64,000 nt of DNA. Source: an uncultured Chlamydiae bacterium (GTDB lineage Bacteria; Chlamydiota; Chlamydiia; Chlamydiales; SM23-39). The stretch is from contig CAWHDP010000002.1 in NCBI GenBank assembly GCA_963828125.1, forward strand, positions 1,440,001 to 1,504,000, in the 5' to 3' direction. The position numbers and the translations under genes are program-made. The notes under the pieces were generated by a model. It was not told the origin of the DNA and did no database searches. It saw nothing but the letters and a program-made list of their open reading frames with translations. Shown here one piece after another: positions 11,301 through 22,882 of this stretch (position 1 is the stretch's first letter; each line of letters opens with the position of its first letter).

Positions 11301-14300
11301 GTGGTTACAGTCAAAGAGCTCAACGGCGTTGCACCCCCAATAGCGCCGCTTGTCGTCACAGGTCCAGTGGCGGCCGCCAAAGTCAGTCCGAAGTTGCCGT
11401 CAACTGTCCCACCAAAATTAATGCCGCTCGTCCCCGTTGTCGTAATCACCGAACCACTTGTCAGTGTTGTTTCCGTCACACCAGTCGCAGTCAGTGATAA
11501 TGCGCTAATATTTGCACCGATATTCCAGCCGCCGCCCGCTGTATTCGTCGTACTCACCGTCATCGCCCCAACTGGGGTGGTGCCGCCAATCGCGCCGCTT
11601 GTAGTAATGGGTCCTATTCCCGCCGCCAGGCCAAAAGCAAAGGCTCCATTGACCGTGGCGCCTAAATCAATGCCGCCGGCCCCGGTCGTGGTGATCGTCG
11701 AGGCGCCGGTCAAAGTGATTTTATTGACGCCCGTCGCTGTCAATGCCGCAGCGCTGATATTCGCGCCGATATTCCAGCCGCCGTTTCCACTATTCGTCGT
11801 GGTTACAGTCAAAGAACTCAGCGGCGTTGCACTCCCAATAGCGCCGCTTGTCGTCACAGGTCCAGTGGCAGCCGCCAAAGTCAGTCCGAAGTTACCGTCC
11901 ACTGTCCCACCCAGGTTCATGCCGCTCGCCCCCGTTGTCGTAATCACCGAACCACTTGTCAGCGTTGTTTTCGTCACTCCCGTCGCCGTTAAAGAGAGGG
12001 CGCTGATATTGGCGCCGATATTCCAGCCGCCGCCGGTCGTATTGGCCGTACTCACTATCATCGCCCCAACTGGGGTCGCGCCGCCAATGGCGCCGCTTGT
12101 CGTCACCGGGCCGATTCCTGCTGCCAAGGTCAAGCCGAAGTTACCGTCAACCGCCCCACCAAGATTCATGCCGCTCGTTCCCGTTGTCGTAATGACTGAC
12201 GTACCCGTCAAAGTCGTTTGAGTGACGCCCGTTGCCGTCAAAGAGAGGGCGCTGATATTGGCGCCGATATTCCAGCCGCCGCCCGCCGTATTGGTCGTAT
12301 TCACCGTCATCGCCCCGACCGGAGTCGTGCCGCCGATGATACCGCTCGTAATAACGGGGGCCGTTTCAGCCGTCAAGCCAAAAGCAAAAGCCCCATCGAC
12401 TGTGGAGCTCAAATGAATCCCCCCCAGCCCCCGTCGTCGTGATCGTCGAGCCGCCGGTCAAGGTGATTTTATTCACACCAGTGGCGGTCAATGCCGCGGC
12501 GCTGATATTGGCGCCGACATTCCAGCCGCCGTTGCCACTATTCGTCGTGGTTACAGTCAAAGAACTCAGCGGCGTTGCACTCCCAATAGCGCCGCTTGTC
12601 GTCACAGGTCCAGTGGCGGCCGCCAAAGTCAGTCCGAAGTTGCCGTCAACCGTCCCACCCAAGTTAATGCCGCTCGCCCCCGTTGTCGTAATCACCGAAC
12701 CACTTGTCAAAGTCGTTTGAATCACACCAGTCGCAGTCAGTGATAATGCGCTGATATTGGCGCCAATATTCCAGCCGCCGCCCACCGTATTGGCCGTACT
12801 CACCGTCATCGCCCCAACTGGGGTGGTGCCGCCAATCGCGCCGCTTGTAGTAATAGGCCCTATTCCCGCCGCCAGGCCAAAAGCAAAGGCTCCATCGACC
12901 GTGGTGCCTAAATCAATGCCGCCGGCCCCGGTCGTGGTGATCGTCGAAGCGCCGGTCAAAGTGATTTGATTGACGCCCGTCGCTGTCAATGCCGCAGCGC
13001 TGATATTCGCGCCGATATTCCAGCCGCCGTTTCCACTATTCGTCGTGGTTACAGTCAAAGAACTCAGCGGCGTTGCGCCGCCGATGACGCCGCTTGTCGT
13101 CACAGGTCCAGTGGCGGCCGCCAAAGTCAGTCCGAAGTTACCGTCCACTGTCCCACCCAGGTTCATGCCGCTCGCCCCCGTTGTCGTAATCACCGAACCA
13201 CTTGTCAGCGTTGTTTTCGTCACTCCCGTCGCCGTTAAAGAGAGGGCACTGATATTGGCGCCGATATTCCAGCCGCCGCCGGTCGTATTGGTCGTACTCA
13301 CTATCATCGCCCCAACTGGGGTCGCACCGCCAACGGCGCCGCTTGTCGTCACCGGGCCGATTCCTGCTGCCAAGGTCAGGCCGAAGTTGCCGTCAACCGT
13401 CCCACCAAGATGAATGCCGCTTGCCCCCGTTGTCGTAATCACCGAACCACTTGTCAGTGTTGTTTTGGCCACGCCAGTCGCAGTCAGTGATAATGCACTG
13501 ATATTGGCGCCGATATTCCAACCGCCGCCCGCCGTATTCGTCGTACTCACCGTCATAGCCCCGACCGGGGTCGTAGCGCCGATAATACCGCTCGTTGTCA
13601 CAGGTCCGGTTCCCGCCGCCAAGCTCAATCCGAAGTTGCCGTCAACCGTCCCGCTAAAGTCAATGCCGCTCGCCCCAGTGGTCGTAATGATCGAACTCCC
13701 CGATAGCGTCGTTTTCGTCACGCCCGTTGCACTCAAGGAGAGGGCGCTGATATTCGCATTGATCGTCCAACCGCCAAAGAGAGTGTTTGTCGTATTCACA
13801 GTGAGAGCCCCGACCGGCGTCCCTCCTCCGATCGCTCCGCCCACCTCAATAGATCCCGCTCCAGCCGTCAGCGTTAATCCCCGATTCCCGTCGATTGTGG
13901 AATCAAAAATCATGGAGCCGCCGTTCGTCAAAAAGGAGAGCGCGCCTGAACCTGGCGTCGATAGCGTTACAGCTGGGGCCACCGAAATGGAATTGGCGTC
14001 GATCGTATTGGCTGCTGTCCCAAAGGTAACACTGCTCCCAGTGCCCACAAACAAAAAGGCGAGAGGCGTCGCGACCGAACCCACATCTCCAGAGAGACTC
14101 ACAGCGCCGCTAGTCGTGAGGCTTAAGCCCTGCCCTCCGCTGCTGGTTCCAACAATCGTACTGGGGAAAGTGATCGCCCCGCTCCCTGCGTTGATGAAAC
14201 TCGTCCCGGCCAACAGCACTGGAGAGACAGTCGTGATCGTGAATGAATTCGAATTAATGTCATTGGAGATAATCACTGCATTGGCGCTTGTCTGCGCGCT

Positions 14301-17300
14301 CGTCACTGTGAGCGTCCCAAGAGTGGTTCCCCCTCCGATAAGTCCTCCAAAAGTAACGGCCCCTGCAGATCCAGCTTGGAGATTTAAATTTTGTCCGGTC
14401 GACGTCGTCCCATCGATTGTGGTGCTAGAGGTGGAGAAAAGAATATTGGCTCCTGTAGATCCTCCAGAATTTGTCGCATCGATCGTCACATTCACGCTCA
14501 ATAGGGTGGAACCGAGTAGCGTGATGACGCCTCCGGCCGTCGTTAAGTTGGCTCCCAAATCGATCCCAAACGACCCAGACCCGCTGCCGGCAGTCCCCGT
14601 CAAATTCATCGCGCCGCTTGTCATGAGATTCCCACCCACATAGATCCCGTGACTGGCGCTCCCGGAGCCCCCCGTTCCTGTCAAACTCAATACGCCAGTT
14701 GTACCCGTCGTCCAGGCAGTAGGGAGGGAAATCCCGTAAGAATTGCTCCCAGTTGCGTGGCTCGTTCCTGTCACTGTGATCGAACCAGTGGCGGTGATTG
14801 CGTCCGTTGTGAATACGACCCCATCGCTTACACCCGTTGCGCCTGAAGGGACTGTTCCGCTTAGATTGAGCGGGCCACTCCCCATGGAAATCGCCCCTCC
14901 GTTTATATTGATCCCGTTCGAGCTTCCCGTACTCGCTGAAGAGGAGGTTCCGATAAGGGTCACAACCGCAGAACCAGTAGTGCTAAGAGTCCCTCCATTG
15001 AGGGAAATCCCATGACAGCCCGTCCCGCTGCCGCCCGTAGTCGCCGTAAGATAGATAGCGCCCCCTCCGCTTGAGCCAAAATTCGCGCTGCTATTGAAGC
15101 CGATGCTCCCAGCCCCGCTGCCGCCCACAATATTCGTCGTCGCCGTGATAGCGCTCCCTGCCGAAAAAGGGGAAGAGGCCCCGATATTGATGGCATGACT
15201 TGTCGAACCGGTGCCGCCAGTGATGTTGCTGAAAACAACAGGGCCGCTTGTGGTAAAGGCGGCTCCAACATTGACCCCATGGCTCGACGCGCCCCCCGTA
15301 CCGCCCGTACAATTGTTAAAGGTGACGGTCCCTATCGTCGAAGTGGTCCACGATGAGACGATACTGACCCCGTAAGCGTTGCTTCCTGGAGCCGTGGTAG
15401 AGCCGCTCAGCGCGATCGTTCCCGATCCGCTGACGATCGCATTGGTATTGGCGATATTGATCCCTAAACCAGAAGCCGAACTCGCCCCCGCCCCCACCCC
15501 GGTCAAGGAGATCGCTCCATTTCCCGTCGATGTGGAAACAACGCCGCTACTGCTGATATCGATCCCGTGCGAGGCCGTGCTACTCGATCCCCCCGCCCCA
15601 CTCAAAGTGATCGCCCCCCCTCCCATGGTACTCAGCGTCCCCCCATTGATCGAAATTCCATGGGCGGCGCCAGTGGTCCCATTGGATGAGGCCGTAATGA
15701 GGATCGATGCATTCGTTCCCGATGTCGTAAAAGTCGAGGCGGCCATATTGAACCCAATCCCGCCCGCCCCATTTCCAACGATCGAACTCGTCGCTACCAC
15801 ATTGCCGCCCGTCGTAAAATTCTGCGCCACATTGACCCCATTCCCTGTCCCCCCTGAAGATCCTCCCCCCGCACAAGCCTGGAATGTCACTGTGCCAGAC
15901 GTTCCTGTCGTCCAAGAAGAAGCGATTGCAACGCCATACGCGCTGGCCCCTGTCGCATTACTTGTCCCGGAGAGCGCGATATTGCCCGAAGTGCTGACAA
16001 TCCCATTCGCAACGGCTAGGTTGATCCCGAGGCCAGATCCAGATCCCGCAGCGGTCCCCGTAATCGCAATATTCCCGTTGCCGGTCGACGTCGATATCAC
16101 CCCAACGCTGCTGATATCAACCCCGTTGGCTGCGCCGCTGCTCGCCCCTCCGGTCCCAATCAGAGTGATCGCCGCTCCGCCCAATGTACTGAGAGTCCCT
16201 CCGTTAATGGAGATCCCATGAGCGGCGCCCGTCGCACCCGATGATGAAGCGGTGATGCTAATGGCCCCCAAAGAACTTGTAAAGCTCGACGCCGCCATAT
16301 TGAAGCCAATTCCGCCTGCCCCATTCCCAATGATCGAACTCGTCGCCACAACATTGCCAGTCGTCGCAAAATTCTGCGCCACATTGACCCCATTCCCCGT
16401 TCCCCCCGACGTTCCCCCGGAACAACTTTGGAAGGTGACTGTACCCGATGTACCCGTCGTCCAAGCCGATGCAATGGCCACGCCATAGGACGCGGCCGCT
16501 GTCGCCGTACTCATGCCAGATAAGGTGATCGTCCCCGTTCCACTGACGATCCCGCTTACGGTATTCATATTAATCCCGTAGCTGGTCGCAGAACCGGAGG
16601 CGCTCCCTGTAATGGAGATATTTCCATTGCCCGTCGACGTCGATACAATCCCGCCGCTGAGATTCACCCCATGCGACGCCGTACTGCTCGCGCCGCCAGT
16701 CCCATTCAAAGTGACGCCCCCCCCTCCCGAGGTGCTCATCGTCCCCCCTGTCAGAGAAATCCCATGGCTAGCCCCACTGCTTCCGGTCGCCGTGGCCGTG
16801 ATGCTGATCGAATTGGTCGCTCCAGTCACAGAGAAATTAGAACCTGTCGTAAAACCGACGCCGCCGCTTCCATTCCCTGTGATGGAAGAGGTCGCCGTAA
16901 CAGATCCTGCCGCTGTAAAAGTAGCACCCAAATTGATCCCATTGCCGCCCGAGGCGTTGCCAGTACAGTTTGAAAAGACTACTGGACCGCTAGTCACAAA
17001 AGCCGCAGCGCCCGAGTTCACCCCATGGCCCGAGCCGCCAGAGCCGCCCGTACAACCTGTGAATGTAACGGTTCCCGATGTACTTGTCGTCCAAGCCGAT
17101 GCAATTGACACTCCATACGCCGAGGCAGCTGTCGCCGTACTTGTCCCCGTCAAAGTGATCGTACCCGTTCCGCTGCTGATGATACCGTTGGTAACAGCCA
17201 TATTGACGCCCAACCCAACCCCCGATCCCGCTAGAGCGCTTCCTGTGATGGAAATATTCCCGCCGCCTGTCGACGCCGAGATCAGACCGGTCCCGCTGAG

Positions 17301-20069
17301 ATTCACCCCGTGCGAGGCCGTACTGCTCACCCCACCTGTCCCTTGCAAAGTAATCGTCCCTCCGCCGCTCGTACTCAACGTCCCTGCAGTGATCGAAATC
17401 CCGTGAGCCGCCCCCGCTGTCGCATTGGTTGAAGCGGTGATACTGATCGGCGAGCTAGATCCCGACGTCGTAAAACCGGCAGCGCCATTGAACCCAATGC
17501 TCCCTGAACCTGTCCCTCCGACAATACTGTTTGTAGCCACAACGGCCCCTGCCGTCGAAAAGGCCGCGCCCACGTTGATTCCATGACTTGTTGTCGCCGA
17601 ACCGCCCGTACATCCAACGACTGTTGTCGTCCCGTCTGAAATGGACGACCCGAATGTGACTGTGCCGCTTGTACCAGCCGCCCAAGAGGCGGTCAAAGAG
17701 ACCCCATGGGCATTTGTCCCGCTTGCACTGCTCGTCCCACTGATATTGATGGCCCCCGTCGTACTTGTGACAGTATTCGTATTACTCAATACTACGCCGA
17801 TCGCGCCATTGGAACCCCCAGGCGCATTGCCGCCGATGCTAATCGTTCCATTCGGCGTCGAAATCGCAGGGTTTGCGGAAGAGGCGATCTGCACCCCCAC
17901 ATTCCCCGACGAGGCGGTGCTGGAACAGGTGCCGATCAAAGTGATGTTGCCGGATCCTGTCGTTTTTACCTGGCCGACGCTATCGATTAAAATGCCCCAG
18001 TTTTGCGCTAAAGCATTGGATAACCCTGTAATGGAGATGTTGCCGCCAGAAGAAGAAAGGGTCGAACTACAGTGAAAGGCTGCGCTAGCGGAGCTTCCAA
18101 CGGCAGCTCCCGTCCGAATATTATTCGTCGCGACAATACTGCCGGCTGTAGAAAAAGAGGCCGCCATTTCTATCCCGTTAGAGTTGGTTCCAGTCCCTCC
18201 TTGGCAGTTTTGAAAAGTCACCGTCCCCGTTGTTCCCATGACTTGACCGGCTGTCACTATGATCCCATGGCTTTGAGAGCCCGTCGAGCTGCTTGTGCCG
18301 CTGAGCGTAACCGTACCGCTGGTTGAGGTGATTCCGCTAGCCGTCGATAGCGCTATTCCAGGACTTGTTCCTGAGCCTCCTGTAACAGAGCCCGTAACCG
18401 TTATGTTTCCACTGGTCGTTGAGATCGTTCCGGCATTGAAATAAACTCCCCGAACAGCCGTCGAACCTGAACCGGACGCCGTCCCATTCAAGGTCACATT
18501 GCCTGTATTCGTTGTTAAAGCCCCCCCCGAGGCCAGGATGATCCCGCTATTTGTCCCGCTAGAAGTTCCGTTTGCTGTAAAACTCATCGCAGTAAAATTA
18601 CTCGTAGAATAAGAGCTTGCGATGGCGGCGCTGATGCTTATGACAGAACTGGCTGTGAGAGTTAAGGTGTTCGCTGTCGACCAGCTGACTGGGGAAGACA
18701 CTGTGATGCTGCCGCTATTGGGGCCCGAACCGCTCGATCCAACCGTCGAGATTAACACATTACAAGTGCCGCTGAGCTGTGTATTGAGGTCCGTATTCTC
18801 AATTTGGTTAGTCGCTGTCCCTGTCGCGATCGTATATGTATCAGGAGGCGTCGAACATCCAGTCCAAGTGTTTGTCGTAGCTGTCGCGCCAATGACAATA
18901 TCGTTCGGATCCAAAAGGAGCGTCCCTCTTTTCCCAAACAACGCCTCTCCGTCTACAACCCCCTTGTACTCCAGTTTTTTTCCCGACACCTCAGCACGGC
19001 CCCCATCGCCCCCCTCATCGCCTCCCCTGATACTGATCTTGCCATAAAAAGCGCTCGCCTCATCCCCCCAAAAAACGACCTTTCCCCCCTTCCCATTTTT
19101 TAACGCATCGGCCCTCACCTCGACCATCTTGCCCGCCCAAGTCAACAGGGCATTTTTCACCTCTCCATTCTGCCCCTGGTCATCCCCCCCGACTAACACC
19201 TCACCCCCTCCCGTCATCCCAGAGGCGTCAATCCTCGCCTGTCCCACCAAATGGACCCTCTCTCCAAGCACCTCGACATGGCCCCCCTTATCTCCCTTCG
19301 CCGCCACAATCGTCCCACTCACCTCGGAGGCCCCCTCATCGGCTATCAAATAGACCTCGCCCCCTCTCGAGACAACCATCCTCGCCTCAATTTTCCCGCT
19401 GTGCCGAATCGCCGTCTCATAGGGACTCGCCAACACCTTCAACGCATCGAGCTCCACCCCCGCCGCAGGCGCGATATAAATCAGCCTCTTCCCTAGCGGC
19501 TGAATCAAAATCTTCGTTCCCGACAGAAGGGCGACATCCCCCCCGTCCGCCGTTAAATTCCCCCCATTATTCACCCTCCGGCTGATTAAGATCAGATCGC
19601 CGCCCGCCGTCTTCGCCTCCCCCTGGACGACGATCTCTCCAAGACCCCCTCCCTGAAAACACAACCCCCTCGCCTCTAAAAAATCCCGATCCAATAGATC
19701 CATCGTCGAACCGATAAAACTCATCGCCTCGACAGAGCCGTTCGGCCCGATCAAAATCCCGTTCGGATTGATCAAATAGACAGCCCCATTCGAAGAGAGC
19801 CGCCCGAAAATCGCACTTTCGGCGGGGCCGATCACCCGATTCAAAATAGCCGCATCGGCCCCCGCCTGTTGAAAACGGACATGTTCCCCCTCGCCAATGG
19901 AAAACGAATCCCACTCGACAATGGCCTTCTGTCCACTCTCAATCACAACCGTCCCAGCCCCATCGCTGACAGGCGGTTTCGCATCGCCCGCTTTGAGGCG
20001 GAACCCTTCTGGATTTGCGCATAGGAAAAGAGGGCAGACCCAAAGGCCCGCCTTAAAAAGGCGTCTCAT
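5381..20069 (-). CDS. Giant filamentous-haemagglutinin/HMW1-like TpsA exoprotein (~4,895 aa if one extra base near 12,419-12,425 is removed)
   Basis: Signal peptide, TPS domain (WDSFSI, LNRV, YLINPNGILIG, GTLLLDP) and G/S/T-rich beta-helix repeats. The two track ORFs (12366-20069 and 5381-12412) join in the same repeat register across a C7 run that is C6 in the sister copy near 11,174. Confidence 0.85.
7170..13870 (-). repeat. Coding tandem repeat: ~27 units of 249 bp (83 aa) with a higher-order 1,245-bp (5-unit) period
   Basis: 27 GGWNIGANI-type motifs counted. Identical sequence landmarks lie 1,245 bp apart (8181/9426, 10921/12166, 10321/11566). Boundaries are approximate. Confidence 0.9.
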
Positions 20070-20098
20070 ATAAATTTTTCTATACGCCGATCGATCCC

Positions 20099-20121
20099 AA
20101 ATGTAAAGCTGCTTTACATTT
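20099..20121. promoter_or_regulatory. Perfect 11-1-11 inverted repeat between the divergent exoprotein and thrS genes; candidate operator
   Basis: AAATGTAAAGC-T-GCTTTACATTT. Confidence 0.45.
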
Positions 20122-20186
20122 TGAATTTCCCATATATTTCCTCAATCTTGTAAACTTTAGTCTCCAGCAACCCCTTGGGATACCCG

Positions 20187-22116
20187 ATGAAGATCAAAGT
20201 GAACCAAAAAATGTCTGAATTTCCCGATGGGAGCCTCCCTAAAGACATTGCGGAGAAGCTCCACCTGACTGCCCCTGAACAGGCCATTGCCGTCAGCGTC
20301 AACGGCTGTTTATCCGATTTCACAACCCCCCTCAAAGAGGGCGACGAATTGATTTTCTGGAACTTCGACGATCCTCAAGGAAAGGAGGTCTTTTGGCACA
20401 CCTCAGCCCACGTCCTTGCCCAAGCGATCCTCCGCCTTTGGCCCGAAGCGCAGCCGACGATCGGCCCTCCCATTGAACATGGCTTTTATTACGATTTTGG
20501 CAATCTGACCATTTCCGATGAGGATTTCGGGAAAATCGAAAAAGAAGATCGAGGCCATCTTAAGCGAAAATTACAAGACGGAGACGGCTCGAATTTGCAA
20601 AGACAAAGGCGAGGCGCGGGCAGCTTTTGCCAAAAATCCCTACAAATGCGAGCTGATCGACAGCTTTGTCGAAGACGCCCATATCGGCCTATCGCCAAGG
20701 GGAGTTTTTCGATCTTTGCCGCGGCCCCCATATGGCGGCTTTGAATAAAATCAAAGCCTTTAAAATACTCAAGACCTCAGGCGCTTATTGGCGCGGAGAC
20801 TCAAAAAGAGAGATGCTCACCCGGATCTATGCGATCTCGTTTCCCGACAAAAAACGGCTGAAAGAATATGTGCAGTTTTTAGAAGAGGCGAAGAAACGGG
20901 ATCATAAAGTGATCGGTCCTGCGTTGGATCTTTTTTCGTTTGAAAGAGGAGGCTCCTGGGATGCCGTTTATTCATGCCCCACGGCATGATCATTTGGAAT
21001 CGGCTCATCGATTTTTTGCGCGAGTGTTTAAAAGAGGGGGAGTATGTCGAAATCAAAACCCCGACGATGATGAGCCAAAGAGCTTTGGGAGCGCTCCGGC
21101 CACTGGTACCACTACCGAGAAAATATGTACACATCGCAAATAGAAGAGAGGGAATTTGCGATCAAGCCGATGAATTGCCCGGGCTGCATGCTCTATTACA
21201 AAACGGCGATCCACAGCTATCGGGAGCTCCCGATGCGGATCGCCGAGATCGGCCACGTCCACCGCTTTGAGGCCTCCGGCGCCCTCAATGGCCTTTTCCG
21301 CGTCCGGAGTTTCCATCAAGACGACGCCCACCTATTCATGCGGCCTGATCAAATTCAGGATGAAATCAACCAGATTCTCAGGCTTGCAGACAGAATCTAC
21401 ATGACTTTCGGACTCCCTTACCGACTTGAACTCTCCACCCGCCCCGAAAAATCGAAGACGATCGGCAGCGATGAAGAGTGGGAAAATGCGACGAACGGCT
21501 TAAAAGGGGCTCTTGACGATTGGGGCCATTCCTATCGGATCAACGAGGGGGACGGCGCTTTTTACGGACCTAAAATCGACATCCACATCCGCGACGCCAC
21601 TGGGCAGATATTGGCAATGCGGAACGGTGCAGCTCGACATGTCGCTGCCGCAAAAATTCGAGCTTGAATTCGTCGACAAGCCGACGCAGGCCACAAGCGG
21701 CCTGTGATGCTTCATCGCGCCCTGTTCGGCTCGATCGAGCGATTTTTCGGCATATTGATCGAACACTTTGCGGGCAAATTCCCCTTCTGGCTCAGCCCGT
21801 ACCAAGTAGCGATCGCCACTGTTGCAGATCGGCACGCCCCTTATGCGCACGAGCTAAAAAAGAGAATCGAAAAACACGGCGTCCTCTGCACGTCGATGAG
21901 ACAAATGAATCGGTTGGGAAAAAAGTGCGCACAGCGCAAATGCTCAAGACGAATTATTTGCTCACCGTTGGAGATAAAGAGGTAGAAAACAAAACAGCAG
22001 CGCTCCGGACACGGGACAACATCGTGCATGGGGAGATTGACATTTCCGATTTTCTTGATAAAGTCATAAGAGAACGGGATGAACGGGCTTTAATGTCGCC
22101 CTACAGCGCATTGTAA
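20187..22116 (+). CDS. thrS: Threonine--tRNA ligase, split by about 8 single-base-scale indels (probably sequencing errors)
   Basis: Motifs [55 protein letters not shown] and [11 protein letters not shown] occur in order across successive frames. Confidence 0.95.
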
Positions 22117-22129
22117 AGGGAGGTGGGAG

Positions 22130-22882
22130 ATGAAGGTCATTTCGATCAGCAGCTTTAAAGGGGGAACGGCCAAAACATCCACATCTCTCCACGTTGGGTC
22201 AGCCCTCGCCCTTTTTCATCGCAAAAAAGTGTTGCTCATCGATTTCGATGCGCAAGCCAATCTCACGACGGGCCTTGGTTTTGATCCAGACGAGCAAGAC
22301 AGCATGGCGCCCGTTTTGCAAGGGGAAAAATCGCTCAATGAAGTGATTTTGAAGACCTGCATTCCGAACATGGATATCATTCCGGCCGACACCTGGCTCG
22401 AGCGGGTCGAAGTGTCTGGATCGCTCGCCGCCGACCGGTATTCGCATGAGAGGCTAAAGGAGATTTTGCGCGATTTACAATACGATATTGTGCTGATCGA
22501 CACCCCCCCCTCGCTCTGCTGGCTCACCGAATCATCGCTCATCGCCGCCGATTTTTCTCTTGTTTGCGCAACGCCCGAATTTTATAGCGTGAAAGGGCTA
22601 CAACGGCTCTCCCTATTTATCAATAATATTTCTGAACGGCATGGGACGAAAGTTTTGGGAGTTGCTCTCTCGTTTTGGAATCCGCGCGGCAAAAGCAACG
22701 ACGCATTTTTGAAAGTGATCGAGCAAACATTTCCTGGAAAACTCTTGCAAGCAAAAGTGAGACGCGATATCGCTGTATCCGAGGCAACTATTTATGGAAA
22801 GCCGATATTTGAGACCGCGCCTCACGCTCGAGCGTCGCAAGATTACATGGATCTCACGTCGGAAATACTTACGAGGATTTGA
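22130..22882 (+). CDS. parA: ParA/MinD-family ATPase (chromosomal pGP5-like)
   Basis: Deviant Walker A KGGTAKT, DFDAQAN and DTPPS; located between thrS and pGP6-D as in Chlamydia. Confidence 0.92.
   Translation: MKVISISSFKGGTAKTSTSLHVGSALALFHRKKVLLIDFDAQANLTTGLGFDPDEQDSMAPVLQGEKSLNEVILKTCIPNMDIIPADTWLERVEVSGSLAADRYSHERLKEILRDLQYDIVLIDTPPSLCWLTESSLIAADFSLVCATPEFYSVKGLQRLSLFINNISERHGTKVLGVALSFWNPRGKSNDAFLKVIEQTFPGKLLQAKVRRDIAVSEATIYGKPIFETAPHARASQDYMDLTSEILTRI

Noticed and set aside
7170..13870. Possible CRISPR array or DGR template/variable repeats
   Set aside because: The repeats are contiguous in-frame 249-bp coding units without unique spacers. No cas genes or reverse transcriptase are present, and differences are not adenine-specific.
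5969..19496. Many long + strand ORFs rich in P/V/A
   Set aside because: They are antisense shadows of the G/T/S-rich repetitive exoprotein, with the same periodicity and no independent features.
20175..22116. thrS fragments as separate genes or programmed frameshifting
   Set aside because: About eight shifts in one essential enzyme with no consistent slippery motif; read error is more parsimonious.
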